Shown: positions 1 to 12,026, counted from the first letter of the stretch. The stretch: 64,000 bases of DNA from an uncultured Lachnospiraceae bacterium (GCA_964614185.1 CAZTKJ010000007.1:5592-69591), one strand, 5' to 3'. A program made the numbers and translations. Notes: generated by a model from the letters alone, not told the origin.

Positions 1-37
1 TTTTCACATACTGTTTCGCAACAAGCAAAGTTGTCAT
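1..37 (-). CDS. 5' end of a CDS running off the window (MTTLLVAKQYVK...)
   Basis: ATG at 37 with GAGG upstream, directly after the 53..439 stop; only 12 codons visible. Confidence 0.45.
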   Translation of the reverse strand, partial: MTTLLVAKQYVK

Positions 38-52
38 ATCGTTTTCCTCGTT

Positions 53-439
53 TTATCTGTCATACATTCCTGCCAACTTTTTCAAACTGGCATAATATAC
101 TTTCAGGCTTTTTTTCGCCTTTGCGTACTTACTGGCATAAACAACATATGATATTACCCCATATGCGCCGACTACACACAAGTATAATATAACAATGGTC
201 TTTCCAAATGCCATAAGATCCATTTTGTAAATATCCTGTAGCAAAGTTTCAAAATTATAGAATACATACACTGCAAAGACCGCAAAGAATGAAATGGTTG
301 CCGCAATAACAGATTTAAATATCTGAAATCCTATGTAATCATTTCGGAAATAGTTCAGGACATTCATATTCCTTTTTCCTCTTCCTGATTCATAGGAGGC
401 CAGTTTCGTCATTAATATGACTTTTTCCTCATTAATCAT
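53..439 (-). CDS. hypothetical membrane protein
   Basis: 128 aa, two hydrophobic segments, GGAAGGG RBS. Confidence 0.8.
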   Translation of the reverse strand: MINEEKVILMTKLASYESGRGKRNMNVLNYFRNDYIGFQIFKSVIAATISFFAVFAVYVFYNFETLLQDIYKMDLMAFGKTIVILYLCVVGAYGVISYVVYASKYAKAKKSLKVYYASLKKLAGMYDR

Positions 440-465
440 ATTACTACCCTTCCGCGTATGTTATC

Positions 466-873
466 TTACAGAAACCTCATTTTGTTTCCATCAGACTTGC
501 GTTCCTTAAATGGCTCCGGTTGCGAAGGTTTATCCATTCCCATGGCGCTTCTTAACCCTTTTGTCATATCTGCCTTGCATTTATCGCAGAAGCGGCCTGA
601 ACGGATCATGGCACCACATCCTTCACATGCAATTCTGATTGGTGAATCATCTGCAAACTGCAGACGCTCCTCACGAATCCACTGACGAATCTGCTGAATG
701 TCTACATCACATTCTTCTGCTACTTCCCTGATATCAGCGCCACTATGATCTGTGACATACTGTTTCACTTCCTGGAACTTAGCCTCTTTGGCCTCTTTGC
801 ACCGGGGACATATCGGCGGTCCGGCCACATAATTAAAAATTCTTCCACATGTTCTACAATTACGTACATCCAT
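466..873 (-). CDS. yvyF: flagellar operon protein, YvyF/TIGR03826-like
   Basis: N-terminal CxxC..CxxC, central HTH-like segment, second CxxC pair; lies after comF as in Bacillus. Confidence 0.8.
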   Translation of the reverse strand: MDVRNCRTCGRIFNYVAGPPICPRCKEAKEAKFQEVKQYVTDHSGADIREVAEECDVDIQQIRQWIREERLQFADDSPIRIACEGCGAMIRSGRFCDKCKADMTKGLRSAMGMDKPSQPEPFKERKSDGNKMRFL

Positions 874-887
874 ATTTTCACCCCATC

Positions 888-1622
888 CTACATTCCACGT
901 CCGACAGCTAATGCCATATAATATACTTTCTGTATACCTGCTGACATAAGCGTCTCTGTCATAGCATCAATAGTACTGCCGGTAGTGTATATGTCATCTA
1001 TTATAACAATCGTAATTAATTTTACATCATTTCTATAGATTTTAAAAGCCTTTTTCAAATTATTTTGCCTTTCCTGCCCACTTAGATTTTTCTGTGGAAG
1101 TGTTTTCCTTTTTCTTACAATAAGTTCCACATTTACAGGTATCCCTGATAACCTGGATATGGCTTTTGCAATCAGCTCCGCCTGATTATACCCTCTGACA
1201 CGTTTTTTAGATGGATGCAGAGGCACCGGAATAAGAGCATCCGGTTTGATCATCCTAAGCCATCTGCCGTATCTTTCATAAAAATCCAATCCGTAAAACA
1301 ATGCATATTCCTGGCGTCCGGAGTATTTAAACCGGAAGATGGAATCTGCCATACTCCCATAATCATATAACGCTACGCCCTGCACATACTTGTGCTTCTT
1401 TCTGACACAATCCGTACACAGCTCTCCCTCACCTTTCAGCTGCTTACCGCATTTCATGCAGACAGATCCGCCGGTATATACGATTTTAGATGCACATTTG
1501 CTGCACACTCCCCTTCCCGGGCTATCCGTAATTTCATCACAGACTGCGCATCTTCTTGGAAAAACCAGATCCTGTATTACAGAAAATATTTTGCTTCCCT
1601 TCTCTATTATTCTATTCATCAA
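888..1622 (-). CDS. comFC: ComF family protein (zinc ribbon + PRTase-like domain)
   Basis: four CxxC motifs, RGYNQAE, IIDDIYTTGST. Confidence 0.88.
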   Translation of the reverse strand: MMNRIIEKGSKIFSVIQDLVFPRRCAVCDEITDSPGRGVCSKCASKIVYTGGSVCMKCGKQLKGEGELCTDCVRKKHKYVQGVALYDYGSMADSIFRFKYSGRQEYALFYGLDFYERYGRWLRMIKPDALIPVPLHPSKKRVRGYNQAELIAKAISRLSGIPVNVELIVRKRKTLPQKNLSGQERQNNLKKAFKIYRNDVKLITIVIIDDIYTTGSTIDAMTETLMSAGIQKVYYMALAVGRGM

Positions 1623-3852
1623 ACTTCCCTTCTATTTCCCGGATTCTGTCACAAAGGCTGGTATAACGTCTGTTTTCCTTTTCATTGTCTATCATTTCCT
1701 GTACCACACAACTGCTTCCCAAAATGGTAACGCACTTTCTGGCTCTTGTCACTCCCGTATACAGCAGATTTCTGTTAAAAAGCATTTTAGGCCCTGACAA
1801 GAGTGGCAAGATCACTGCCGGGTATTCGCTTCCCTGAGATTTGTGGATAGTAATGGCATAAGCAAGTTCTATTTCATCCAGCTGGACAAAGGGATACTCT
1901 GCCTGTCTGTGTTCATCATATTCTATGATAAGGCTCTGAGCTGTTTCGTTAATTTCCTTTATGACACCTATGTCACCATTAAAAATTCCCATTCCCTTGT
2001 CAATGGGAATCCCGTATCTGCTGACCACTTCCCAAACAATCTGATAGTTATTTTTGATCTGCATAACCTTATCGCCTTCACGGAAAAGCCTTTCCCCTGT
2101 CTGATATTCCTTTTTATCCGGGGCCGGCGGATTCAGATATTTCTGGAGAATACCGTTTAAGGTCTCTACTCCCAGATTTCCCTTACGCATGGGCGTAAGG
2201 ACCTGAATGTCATAAGGTGCTGCTTCCACATAAGAAGGAAGCTTTTCCTTGATCAGCTGAATCATATGTTTGTATATGACATTTACGTCATTTCTTTCCA
2301 GTAAAAAGAAATCACGGCTTTTATTATCAAAAGAAATCCTTTCTCCCCGGTTAATTTTATGGGCATTTACTACAATGTCACTTTCTCCCGCCTGTCGGAA
2401 TATTTTTTTCAGGATCACTACAGGAAAGCTGCCGCTGCTGATCAAGTCTTGAAGCACCTGTCCCGGACCCACACTGGGCAGCTGATTCCTGTCTCCTACC
2501 ATTACCAGCCTTGTTCCCACACTGACGGCATTTAGCAATGATTGAAATAAGTGAATATCTACCATAGACATCTCATCTATAATGATTACATCTGCTTCTA
2601 AAGGATTCTCTTCATTTCTTTCAAACCGTGCGTTGCTGCCTTCTTCCATGGAACCATTGATTTCCAGAAGTCTGTGAATTGTTCTCGCCTCAAATCCTGT
2701 TGCTTCTGTCATCCTCTTGGCAGCTCTTCCCGTAGGTGCTGCCAGCAGGATATCCATGCCTTCCTTTTCAAAAAAACGGATAATCGTATTAATTGTGGTA
2801 GTTTTCCCTGTACCGGGTCCTCCTGACAAAATCATGACACCATGGCAAATGCTTGTCATCACTGCCTTTTTTTGAAGGTCATCCAGTTCAATTCCCTGCT
2901 CCGCCGCCATATCAGAAAGAAGCGCTTCCATTTTTTTCTTTTCGGAAGGCAAAAGCTCTTCCTCCATGGCTATATTCAAATCATGCAGCATGCGGGCACA
3001 TTTCAATTCCGCATAATAATACGTGCTTGCATAGACCCTTTTTTCCTCTTCTTTACGCTTGATGATCAGTTTTTTATCCATGGCAAGATTATCGATCTGA
3101 GGTTCTATCACTTCCGGATGAAGGCCCAGCAGCATGGCTGTCTTCTCTGCCAGTAATCCTGCAGGAAGGTAGATATGTCCTGCCATGCTTCCCTGTAAAA
3201 GCATATACATAATACCGCTTCTGATACGATAATCGGAATCAATATGAATACCTATTTTGGCAGCAATTTCATCAGCAATCCGAAATCCCACACCGGAAAT
3301 ATCCTCAGCCAGGCGGTAGGGATTCTCCTTCATAATTCCATAGAGTTCCATACCATATTGATTATAGATCTTAACTGCCAGGGTATTGGAAATCCCATAT
3401 TGCTGCAGGAATACAAAAGCTTCCCTCATATCCTTTTTTTCTATCATCTGCTGGGCAATTTCCCTTGCTTTCCTTTCACTGATGCCCTTTATTTCCGAAA
3501 GCCGCTCCGGTTCCTGCTCTATGATCCGGAAGGTGTCTTCTCCAAAAGCTTTTACGATCCTTGCCGCCAACGCTTGTCCGATTCCCTTAATGGCTCCTGA
3601 GCTTAAATATCTTTCTATACTGACTATATCGTCAGGCAAGATCACCTGAAAACTTTCAACCTTCAGCTGCAGGCCATATACAGGATGTTCTACATAATCG
3701 CCTCTGATCTCCAGCATTTCTCCTGCTTCTACATTTTTAAAAAATCCTACACAGACTATTTCTCCGCTTTCCGTTACAAAAGAGAGAACCCCATATCCGT
3801 TTTCACTATTCTGATAAATAATATGGTCTATATAACCCTTTATCTGTTCCAT
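1612..3852 (-). CDS. recD2: ATP-dependent RecD2-like DNA helicase
   Basis: HhH region (IKGIG, NPYRL), GGPGTGKTT, DEMSM, AYAITIHKSQGSE, YTGVTRA. Confidence 0.95.
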   Translation of the reverse strand: MEQIKGYIDHIIYQNSENGYGVLSFVTESGEIVCVGFFKNVEAGEMLEIRGDYVEHPVYGLQLKVESFQVILPDDIVSIERYLSSGAIKGIGQALAARIVKAFGEDTFRIIEQEPERLSEIKGISERKAREIAQQMIEKKDMREAFVFLQQYGISNTLAVKIYNQYGMELYGIMKENPYRLAEDISGVGFRIADEIAAKIGIHIDSDYRIRSGIMYMLLQGSMAGHIYLPAGLLAEKTAMLLGLHPEVIEPQIDNLAMDKKLIIKRKEEEKRVYASTYYYAELKCARMLHDLNIAMEEELLPSEKKKMEALLSDMAAEQGIELDDLQKKAVMTSICHGVMILSGGPGTGKTTTINTIIRFFEKEGMDILLAAPTGRAAKRMTEATGFEARTIHRLLEINGSMEEGSNARFERNEENPLEADVIIIDEMSMVDIHLFQSLLNAVSVGTRLVMVGDRNQLPSVGPGQVLQDLISSGSFPVVILKKIFRQAGESDIVVNAHKINRGERISFDNKSRDFFLLERNDVNVIYKHMIQLIKEKLPSYVEAAPYDIQVLTPMRKGNLGVETLNGILQKYLNPPAPDKKEYQTGERLFREGDKVMQIKNNYQIVWEVVSRYGIPIDKGMGIFNGDIGVIKEINETAQSLIIEYDEHRQAEYPFVQLDEIELAYAITIHKSQGSEYPAVILPLLSGPKMLFNRNLLYTGVTRARKCVTILGSSCVVQEMIDNEKENRRYTSLCDRIREIEGKFDE

Positions 3853-3900
3853 ATGCTGTCTCCTGCAAATACGGTCTTAAAACATTTCGTACGATATAAA

Positions 3901-3945
3901 AAGGCTGCCCGTCCAGAGGGGATACCCCCATCTTTCGGCAGCCTT
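3901..3945 (-). terminator. intrinsic terminator after the flagellar rod genes
   Basis: AAGGCTGCC/GGCAGCCTT stem with inner GGGGATACCCC hairpin; U-run on the minus strand. Confidence 0.7.
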
Positions 3946-3958
3946 ATATTTCTATATT

Positions 3959-4306
3959 TTATAAACCATAGTTGCGTTTCATCTGTTCATAAAGCATCTG
4001 TGCTATTCCAAGTCCCTGAGTTTCTGTAGAAGTAGCTGCCAGATCCTGCAGGGCAGTATCCTTAAAATAATCTACCAGACTATTACTGGAACTGCTTCCT
4101 TCATCTTTAAGGCAATCAACTGTCTTCTGCATTTCCTTAAATACCTGTTCAAGAAAATAAGATTCAAATTGTTTACAAGCCTCTAAAAGCTCATCATCAC
4201 CGGCTGTTGAATAATCTTTATTTCCAAGTGTGTCTTTCAATTTATTGGCAGAAGTACTCTGACTTGTAAGGTAGTCGGTGTATGCACCAATATTACCAAT
4301 ATCCAT
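3959..4306 (-). CDS. flgJ: FlgJ-like rod-binding protein without a muramidase domain
   Basis: ACKQFESYFLEQVFKEMQKT and GLGIAQMLYEQM motifs; follows flgG. Confidence 0.75.
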   Translation of the reverse strand: MDIGNIGAYTDYLTSQSTSANKLKDTLGNKDYSTAGDDELLEACKQFESYFLEQVFKEMQKTVDCLKDEGSSSSNSLVDYFKDTALQDLAATSTETQGLGIAQMLYEQMKRNYGL

Positions 4307-4327
4307 AATGCTATCCTCTCCTAATTA

Positions 4328-5146
4328 TTATCTCTTCAGGTTGTTAGCTGTCTGCAGCATTTCATCTGATGTAGTAATTGCCTTGGAGTTCATTTCATAT
4401 GCACGCTGCGCTACGATCAGGTTAACCATTTCATCTGCAACCTGTACGTTAGATCCTTCCAAATATCCCTGTACCATCCTGCTGGGAGTTACATCCGGAT
4501 TTGTTGATTCATTCAGAACACGTCCGCTTGCAGGTGTCATCTGCCACAAGCTGTCTCCTACCCTCTTAAGACCGCCAGGGTTATTAAACTGAAACAGACC
4601 AATGCTGATATCCAATGACTGTGGATTATTATTTTCATCGGGGTAACAAACGGTACCGTCCTGGCTGATAGTAATCTTACTGGTAATATAAGTAGAATTC
4701 AAGGTAATGACACGTCCTGTAGAACTCAGTACCGGAAGTCCGTCCTGATTAGTCAGAATCATACCTCCATTACCATTGGTAGCCCAGGTAAAGTCACCAT
4801 TTCTGGTATAGTATGTATTGCCGTCACTTCCTCTGATTGCAAAAAGTCCTTCTCCCTCAATAGCAAATGCTGTATCACTGTTGGAGGCTAAAAGGCTTCC
4901 CTGTGAGAAGCTGTTGTTAATAGAAGAAGTTCTTACACCTAATCCAACCTGTGAGGTAGTAGGCTTAGGATCGCCGTTAGCAGTAGTAGTGGCTGTCTGC
5001 AGTGTCTGATAAAGCAGTGACTTGAACTGTGCCGTCTGCGCCTTATATCCCATTGTATTTACATTGGCAAGATTATTAGCAATTGTATCAACATTTGTCT
5101 GCTGTGCATTCATACCGGTTGCCGCAGACCATAAACTCCTAACCAT
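4328..5146 (-). CDS. flgG: flagellar basal-body rod protein FlgG
   Basis: ANNLANVNT, YTRNGDF, LEGSNVQVADEMVNLIVAQRAYE. Confidence 0.9.
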   Translation of the reverse strand: MVRSLWSAATGMNAQQTNVDTIANNLANVNTMGYKAQTAQFKSLLYQTLQTATTTANGDPKPTTSQVGLGVRTSSINNSFSQGSLLASNSDTAFAIEGEGLFAIRGSDGNTYYTRNGDFTWATNGNGGMILTNQDGLPVLSSTGRVITLNSTYITSKITISQDGTVCYPDENNNPQSLDISIGLFQFNNPGGLKRVGDSLWQMTPASGRVLNESTNPDVTPSRMVQGYLEGSNVQVADEMVNLIVAQRAYEMNSKAITTSDEMLQTANNLKR

Positions 5147-5160
5147 TTATTTTTCCTCCT

Positions 5161-5937
5161 TTATACCTTACCAAGCTGATTAGCTGAAATCTCCAGTGTT
5201 CCATCAATAGTGGTAATGACCTTTTGATTAGAATCATACGCTCTCTGGACGCTGATCATATTTACCATTTCCGTTACTACCGATACATTGGACATTTCCA
5301 GATAACCGGCATAAACTCCGGCTTCAGTCTCTATTTCCTGTGCACCATCAACAGGCTCATAATAATTTTCACCATAATGTTCCAGATAATTGTAGTCTTC
5401 AAAATCGGTAATCTGTATCGTATCTACTACACTGCCGCCCTGTATGATCTGACCTCTTACATTAATCTGTGCCTCAAGCAGAGGATCAATTTGAACAGGA
5501 CTGCCGTCTATATTTAGAACCGCATCTCCATCCTGTGTAACCAAATGACCATCCTGCGTTAAAGTGAAGTTACCGTCTCTGGTATATTTTACGGAACTTT
5601 CTCCCGCTTTGTTGGTAAATCTTATCGCAAAGAAACCGTTATCTGTCAATGCAAGATCAAAAGGATTTTCCGTGTGTTTCATAGGACCGTGTGAAAAGTC
5701 AGTATATCCTTCACCAATTTTAACACCGGGATTATTATGACCAATCCTTTTGGCTATATAAGGGCCTTCCGTAATGTCCTTGATCTTAAGAGTAAGCACC
5801 GAGTCAAAAGCCTGGCTGGTAGCTCCTTCTTTCTTATATCCGTTTGTATTGACATTTGCAAGATTATTGGTCAGCACATCCATTCTATGCTGTTGATTGA
5901 TCATACCGGTATAAGCGGTATAAAGTCCCTTTACCAT
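5161..5937 (-). CDS. flgF: flagellar hook-basal body rod protein (FlgF/FlhO-like)
   Basis: TNNLANVNT, YTRDGNF, LEMSNVSVVTEMV; exact paralog name uncertain. Confidence 0.82.
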   Translation of the reverse strand: MVKGLYTAYTGMINQQHRMDVLTNNLANVNTNGYKKEGATSQAFDSVLTLKIKDITEGPYIAKRIGHNNPGVKIGEGYTDFSHGPMKHTENPFDLALTDNGFFAIRFTNKAGESSVKYTRDGNFTLTQDGHLVTQDGDAVLNIDGSPVQIDPLLEAQINVRGQIIQGGSVVDTIQITDFEDYNYLEHYGENYYEPVDGAQEIETEAGVYAGYLEMSNVSVVTEMVNMISVQRAYDSNQKVITTIDGTLEISANQLGKV

Positions 5938-5963
5938 ACAAAAACCTTTCCTGCCTGAACAGA

Positions 5964-6956
5964 TTATTCTTCTCTATAGCCTGCCAGGAATTCAACATAT
6001 TTACCTGTTCCCACTGCCACTGCTGTCATAGGATCCTCTGCCGTCATGGTATTGATTCCTGTCTTTTCACAGATCAAATCTTCCAATCCCCTTAACAGAC
6101 TTCCGCCGCCGGTAAGTACAATACCTCTGTCAGCTATATCGGCTGCAAGTTCCGGAGGCGTCTTTTCCAGTACACCATGAATGGTTTCGATAATCTGGGC
6201 TGTAGTTTCCCTCAGTGCTTCTTCTGTTTCTTCTGAAGAAACCTGAACAGTTCTGGGCAGACCCGTTACCAGATTACGTCCTCTGACATCCATATAATCC
6301 ACTTCCGGACGCCTAAAGGCTGATCCTATCTTTATCTTAATATCTTCTGCTGTTCTTTCACCGATCAGCAGATTATGCTTCTTCCTCATATAACGGACAA
6401 GAGCTTCGTCAAAATCATCTCCTGCAATTTTAATGGAGGCACTTACAACTGTTCCGCCCAGTGAAATAACTGCAATATCGGAGGTACCGCCACCAATGTC
6501 CACAATCATATTTCCACAGGGTTTTGAAATATCAATGCCCGCTCCGATAGCTGCTGCTATCGGTTCCTCTATAATAGAAACTTCCCTGGCTCCTGCCTGA
6601 AGCGTTGCATCTTCAACTGCTTTCTTTTCTACTTCAGTAACACCACTGGGAACGCATACTGCGATTCTTGGCTTTCTAAAAGCCTTTTTGCCAAGAGCTT
6701 TCTGAATAAAATATTTCATCATCTGTTCCGTCACTTTATAGTCAGAAATAACTCCCTGCCTTAAAGGGCGGACTGCCATAATGTTGCCGGGTGTCCTTCC
6801 CAGCATCAGTCTGGCATCTTCTCCAATTGCTTTAATTTTATTCGTATCTCTATCATAAGCTACAACAGAGGGCTCTTTTAATACAACGCCTCTTCCTCTG
6901 ATGTAAACTAAAATACTCGCTGTTCCTAAATCAATTCCTATATCTGTATACTGCAT
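5964..6956 (-). CDS. mreB: MreB/Mbl actin-like rod shape protein
   Basis: DLGTAS, DIGGGT, LTGGGSLL; position before the rod genes matches Bacillus mbl-flhO-flhP. Confidence 0.95.
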   Translation of the reverse strand: MQYTDIGIDLGTASILVYIRGRGVVLKEPSVVAYDRDTNKIKAIGEDARLMLGRTPGNIMAVRPLRQGVISDYKVTEQMMKYFIQKALGKKAFRKPRIAVCVPSGVTEVEKKAVEDATLQAGAREVSIIEEPIAAAIGAGIDISKPCGNMIVDIGGGTSDIAVISLGGTVVSASIKIAGDDFDEALVRYMRKKHNLLIGERTAEDIKIKIGSAFRRPEVDYMDVRGRNLVTGLPRTVQVSSEETEEALRETTAQIIETIHGVLEKTPPELAADIADRGIVLTGGGSLLRGLEDLICEKTGINTMTAEDPMTAVAVGTGKYVEFLAGYREE

Positions 6957-6994
6957 ATGCGAGACCCCTTTCTATACTTTGAACATATAGAGTT

Positions 6995-7022
6995 ATTATA
7001 ACCCATAGAAAAGTATTTTCAA
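6995..7022 (-). promoter_or_regulatory. sigma-A promoter of mreB-flg genes
   Basis: TTGAAA-16-TATAAT on the minus strand. Confidence 0.55.
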
Positions 7023-7051
7023 AGGGATTTAATAAAAATTTTATATAAAGA

Positions 7052-7101
7052 AGGACACAATGACTTAAAAACGAATCCTTCCGTTTCTCACATTGCGTCC
7101 C
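7052..7101 (-). terminator. probable terminator after uvrA
   Basis: GGACGCAATG/CATTGTGTCC stem with a long loop, then TTCTTT. Confidence 0.45.
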
Positions 7102-7111
7102 TGCGTATTTA

Positions 7112-10003
7112 TTATCGGTTCTTTTCCTGATTTACTTTATATCTTGCCAACATTTTTTTCACATATTGTCCCGTATAGGAAATGGGGTTCTCGGCAACCT
7201 CCTCAGGTGTTCCCTTAGCAATCATCTGTCCGCCCTGATCTCCTCCTTCAGGACCCATATCGATAATATGATCCGCTGTCTTAATCACATCCAGATTATG
7301 CTCAATTACTACCACTGTGTTGCCTCCGTCAGCCAGTCTGTGCAGAATTTCTACCAGCTTATGCACATCTGCAAAGTGAAGTCCCGTAGTAGGCTCATCA
7401 AGAATATAAATGGTTTTGCCTGTGCTATGCTTGCTAAGTTCCGTAGCAAGCTTGATCCTTTGCGCCTCTCCTCCCGATAATGTTGTGGAAGGCTGCCCCA
7501 GCTTCACATAAGAAAGTCCCACATCGTTCAGTGTCACTATTTTTCTTTTGATAGAGGGAAGGCTGTCAAAAAACGGAACTGCTTCTTCTACTGTCATATC
7601 AAGAACATCATAGATGCTCTTTCCCTTATATTTTACATCCAGAGTTTCTCTGTTATATCGTTTTCCGCCGCAGACTTCACAAGGCACATATACATCCGGG
7701 AGAAAGTGCATTTCGATCTTAATAATGCCGTCTCCACTGCAGGCTTCACATCTTCCGCCCTTTACATTAAAACTGAAACGGCCCTTTTTGTAGCCTTTTG
7801 CTTTAGCATCCGGAGTACTTGCAAATAAATCCCGGATCTGGTCAAATACTCCTGTATATGTTGCCGGATTGGAGCGGGGCGTCCTTCCGATGGGAGACTG
7901 ATCGATGTTTATGACTTTATCCAGCTGATCGATTCCTTTAATTTCCTTATGTTTGCCCGGTATGGTTCTGGCACGGTTCAGATCTCTTGCAAGATGCTTG
8001 TAAAGGATCTCGTTGACAAGGGAACTCTTACCGGAACCCGATACGCCGGTAACACATGTTACTACTCCAAGAGGAATATCCACTGAAATATTCTTAAGGT
8101 TATTTTCTCTTGCTCCGACTATTTTCAGCCAGCCTGTGGGTTTTCTTCTTGTTTCCGGTACCGGAATCTGCATTCTGCCGCTTAAATACTGTCCTGTCAG
8201 CGACTCCTGCACTTCCATAATCTCTTCTGCCGTTCCCTGGGCAATTACCATTCCGCCATGAGAACCTGCTCCGGGACCGATATCTACCACGTGATCTGCC
8301 GCCAGCATAGTATCTTCATCATGTTCCACCACAATCAGACTGTTTCCCAAATCCCTTAGATTCTTCAGAGTATTTAACAATTTATCATTATCTCTCTGAT
8401 GAAGTCCGATACTCGGTTCATCCAGAATATAGCATACACCTACAAGTCCGGAACCGATCTGGGTTGCCAGACGGATGCGCTGCGCCTCTCCTCCTGACAA
8501 TGTACCGGTGGCCCGGGACAAGGACAGATACTCAAGTCCTACATCTATTAAAAATCCTACTCTGGCTCTGATTTCTTTAAGGACCTGACTTCCTATCAGC
8601 ATCTGCTGTCTGGAAAGCTCCATATGCTGTAAAAACTCATGTAGGCTTCTGATAGACAGAGAGGTGATCTCATAGATATTCCTGTCACAGACTGTAACTG
8701 CCAGAGATTCTTTTTTAAGTCTCATTCCCTTACATTCCATGCAGGGAGTAACTCTCATAAAGGTTTCATACTCCTGCTTCATAATATCGGAAGAAGTTTC
8801 ACGGTATCTTCTTTCTACATTCTTAACGATTCCTTCAAAAGTAATTGGGTAAGTCCCTTCCCCCCGCTGTCCGATATAATGCACCTTAACTTCCCTAAAT
8901 CCGCCATAGATGAGCATATGTTGAATATTCTCCGGCAATTCCTCAAAAGGCGCATCCATGCTGAATTTATATTCCTTTGCAAGGGCCCGCAGAACAGCGT
9001 TGGTAAAGCTGCCTTCTTCAGAACTGGACTGCCACCCCATAACCTGAATGGCTCCTTCATTTAAGCTTAAGCTTCTGTCCGGGATCATCAGTTCCGGATC
9101 AAACTCCATTTTGTATCCAAGTCCGAAGCAGACAGGACACGCGCCAAAAGGATTATTAAAGGAAAAACTTCTCGGCTCGATCTCGCTGATACTGATACCG
9201 CAGTCAGGACATGCAAAGCTCTGGCTGAAGGTAATTGTCTCTCCATTTATCACATCCAACATTAAAAGACCCTCCGTCAGCGCTAATACATTTTCTATAG
9301 AATCGGAAAGACGTCTTTCGATTCCCGGCTTAACTACCAGCCTGTCCACTATGATCTCAATATTATGTTTAATATTTTTATCCAGCTTAAATTCTTCCGA
9401 AAGTTCATACATGCTGCCGTCTACACGCACCCTGACATAGCCGCTTCTCTTGGCACGTTCAAATACCTTTGCATGCTCTCCCTTTTTACCCCTTACTACA
9501 GGCGCCAAAAGTTGAATCCTGCTTCCTTCTTCCAGCTCCATGATCTGATCTACCATCTGGTCCACACTCTGCTTTTTAATTTCTTTACCGCAGTTAGGAC
9601 AGTGGGGAATACCGATACGGGCATATAACAGTCTAAAATAATCATAAATTTCCGTCACTGTTCCCACTGTAGATCTGGGATTCCTGTTAGTGGATTTCTG
9701 ATCAATGGAAATGGCCGGTGACAGCCCTTCTATTTTCTCTACGTTGGGTTTCTCCATCTGTCCCAGGAATTGTCTTGCATAAGAAGATAGTGATTCCATA
9801 TATCTTCTCTGCCCTTCTGCGTAAATAGTATCAAAGGCCAGAGAAGACTTGCCGGAACCTGACAGTCCTGTCAGAACCACCAGCTCATTTCTTGGAATAT
9901 CCACATTCAGATTCTTAAGATTATGTTCATTAGCTCCTCTGATCTTAATATATTCTCTGGGTCTGATTCTTGGCTTTTCCACATGCTTATCTGCTAAACT
10001 CAT
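7112..10003 (-). CDS. uvrA: excinuclease ABC subunit A
   Basis: two ABC ATPase domains ([24 protein letters not shown]), zinc fingers; start moved to the GAGG-preceded ATG at 10003. Confidence 0.98.
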   Translation of the reverse strand: MSLADKHVEKPRIRPREYIKIRGANEHNLKNLNVDIPRNELVVLTGLSGSGKSSLAFDTIYAEGQRRYMESLSSYARQFLGQMEKPNVEKIEGLSPAISIDQKSTNRNPRSTVGTVTEIYDYFRLLYARIGIPHCPNCGKEIKKQSVDQMVDQIMELEEGSRIQLLAPVVRGKKGEHAKVFERAKRSGYVRVRVDGSMYELSEEFKLDKNIKHNIEIIVDRLVVKPGIERRLSDSIENVLALTEGLLMLDVINGETITFSQSFACPDCGISISEIEPRSFSFNNPFGACPVCFGLGYKMEFDPELMIPDRSLSLNEGAIQVMGWQSSSEEGSFTNAVLRALAKEYKFSMDAPFEELPENIQHMLIYGGFREVKVHYIGQRGEGTYPITFEGIVKNVERRYRETSSDIMKQEYETFMRVTPCMECKGMRLKKESLAVTVCDRNIYEITSLSIRSLHEFLQHMELSRQQMLIGSQVLKEIRARVGFLIDVGLEYLSLSRATGTLSGGEAQRIRLATQIGSGLVGVCYILDEPSIGLHQRDNDKLLNTLKNLRDLGNSLIVVEHDEDTMLAADHVVDIGPGAGSHGGMVIAQGTAEEIMEVQESLTGQYLSGRMQIPVPETRRKPTGWLKIVGARENNLKNISVDIPLGVVTCVTGVSGSGKSSLVNEILYKHLARDLNRARTIPGKHKEIKGIDQLDKVINIDQSPIGRTPRSNPATYTGVFDQIRDLFASTPDAKAKGYKKGRFSFNVKGGRCEACSGDGIIKIEMHFLPDVYVPCEVCGGKRYNRETLDVKYKGKSIYDVLDMTVEEAVPFFDSLPSIKRKIVTLNDVGLSYVKLGQPSTTLSGGEAQRIKLATELSKHSTGKTIYILDEPTTGLHFADVHKLVEILHRLADGGNTVVVIEHNLDVIKTADHIIDMGPEGGDQGGQMIAKGTPEEVAENPISYTGQYVKKMLARYKVNQEKNR

Positions 10004-10034
10004 TCTTATTCCTCGCTTTATTCGTCGTAAGTAT

Positions 10035-12026
10035 TTATTCCTCATCCAGATCATGCAGTCTGGTTTTTAATTCTATCATCTTATCGCGAAGCTCTGCAGC
10101 AGCTTCAAAGTTCAAATCTGCAGCAGCCTTTTTCATCTGCTTCTGCACCTTCTCAATCAGCTTCTTAAGTTCTTCTCTATCCATGGATTCAGGGTCTTTT
10201 TCAAACTTTATCTCTTCCTTGGCAATCACTTTGGAAATGCTGATCAGATCTCTGACGGCTTTCTTAATGGTCATTGGCGTAATGCCTTTTTCTTCATTAT
10301 ACTTTTGCTGGATCTTCCGTCTTCTCTCTGTTTCATCAATAGCTGCCCGCATGGAATCTGTCATATTATCCGCATACATGATCACATGCCCGTCTACATT
10401 TCTGGCAGCACGTCCTATGGTCTGAATCAGGGAAGTTTCCGAACGCAAAAATCCTTCTTTGTCAGCATCTAAAATAGCAACCATGGAAATCTCCGGTATA
10501 TCCAGTCCTTCTCTAAGAAGATTGATTCCTACCAGTACATCAAATACATCAAGCCGCATATCCCTGATAATTTCCGCTCTTTCCAGAGTATCAATATCTG
10601 AATGGAGATACTTCACCCGAATTCCCGCATCTTTCATATAATCCGTCAAATCTTCTGCCATTCTTTTGGTCAGTGTAGTAACCAGCACCTTATTATGTTT
10701 TGCTGTTTCTTTGTTTACTTCACTGATCAGATCATCAATCTGTCCTTCAACAGGACGCACCGATATTTCCGGATCTAAAAGTCCCGTAGGCCGTATGATC
10801 TGCTCGGTACGCAGCAACTCATGCTCGCTTTCATAGACCGCAGGTGTTGCCGATACAAACATCATCTGGTCAATGTGCTGTTCAAATTCTTCAAAACATA
10901 AAGGCCGGTTATCCAATGCTGAAGGCAGGCGGAATCCATAGTCCACCAAAGTAGTCTTACGGGAACGGTCTCCCGTATACATAGCGCCAATCTGAGGAAC
11001 GGTCATATGGGATTCATCAATTATGATCAGGAAATCGTCTCCGAAGTAATCCATAAGAGTATGGGGCGTTGCTCCCTCCGCCATGCCGTTCAGATGCCTT
11101 GAATAGTTTTCGATGCCGGAACAAAATCCTGCTTCTCGCAGCATCTCAATATCAAAATTAGTTCTTTCGGAAATCCTCTGAGCTTCCAAAAGTTTATCTT
11201 CACTTTTAAAATACCGGATCCTTTCCTCCAGCTCGGCTTCGATTGCTTTACATGCTATATTGATTTTTTCCTGAGGCACTACATAATGTGACGCCGGAAA
11301 AATTGCGACATGCTCCAGCGTGGCATGCATCTGCCCTGTAAGAGGATCCGTTTCCGCAATCCGGTCAATTTCATCTCCGAAAAATTCTATCCGTATCAGA
11401 TAATCGCCGCCCTGGGCAGGATAGATTTCCACCACATCACCGCGAACTCTAAAGCATCCCCTTTCCAGGTCGAGATCATTCCTGTCATATTGAATATCTA
11501 TCAGCTCTCTGATTACCTTATCACGGTCCTTGGTCATGCCCGGTCTTAAAGAGACGATCATTTCTTTGTAATCATCGGGACTTCCCAGTCCATATATGCA
11601 GGACACACTGGCCACCACCACCACATCCCGCCTTTCCGAAAGAGACGCCGTGGCGGAAAGCCGCAATTTATCAATTTCATCATTAATAGAAGAATCTTTG
11701 GCAATATAAGTGTCAGAGGAAGGTACATATGCCTCCGGCTGATAATAATCATAATAGGACACAAAATATTCTACGGCATTCTCCGGAAAGAATTCCTTAA
11801 ACTCACCGTACAGCTGTCCTGCCAGGGTCTTGTTATGAGCAATAACAAGCGTAGGCTTATTCAAAGCTGCAATCACATTGGCCATGGTAAAGGTCTTACC
11901 GGATCCTGTAACTCCCAGCAATGTCTGAAACTGATTTCCTGCCTTAAAACCATTTACCAGCGCTTCTATTGCCTGAGGCTGATCGCCGGTAGGCTGATAT
12001 TCTGATACCAGTTTAAAATGATCCAT
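10035..12026 (-). CDS. uvrB: excinuclease ABC subunit B
   Basis: [23 protein letters not shown]-terminal UVR coiled coil. Confidence 0.98.
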   Translation of the reverse strand: MDHFKLVSEYQPTGDQPQAIEALVNGFKAGNQFQTLLGVTGSGKTFTMANVIAALNKPTLVIAHNKTLAGQLYGEFKEFFPENAVEYFVSYYDYYQPEAYVPSSDTYIAKDSSINDEIDKLRLSATASLSERRDVVVVASVSCIYGLGSPDDYKEMIVSLRPGMTKDRDKVIRELIDIQYDRNDLDLERGCFRVRGDVVEIYPAQGGDYLIRIEFFGDEIDRIAETDPLTGQMHATLEHVAIFPASHYVVPQEKINIACKAIEAELEERIRYFKSEDKLLEAQRISERTNFDIEMLREAGFCSGIENYSRHLNGMAEGATPHTLMDYFGDDFLIIIDESHMTVPQIGAMYTGDRSRKTTLVDYGFRLPSALDNRPLCFEEFEQHIDQMMFVSATPAVYESEHELLRTEQIIRPTGLLDPEISVRPVEGQIDDLISEVNKETAKHNKVLVTTLTKRMAEDLTDYMKDAGIRVKYLHSDIDTLERAEIIRDMRLDVFDVLVGINLLREGLDIPEISMVAILDADKEGFLRSETSLIQTIGRAARNVDGHVIMYADNMTDSMRAAIDETERRRKIQQKYNEEKGITPMTIKKAVRDLISISKVIAKEEIKFEKDPESMDREELKKLIEKVQKQMKKAAADLNFEAAAELRDKMIELKTRLHDLDEE

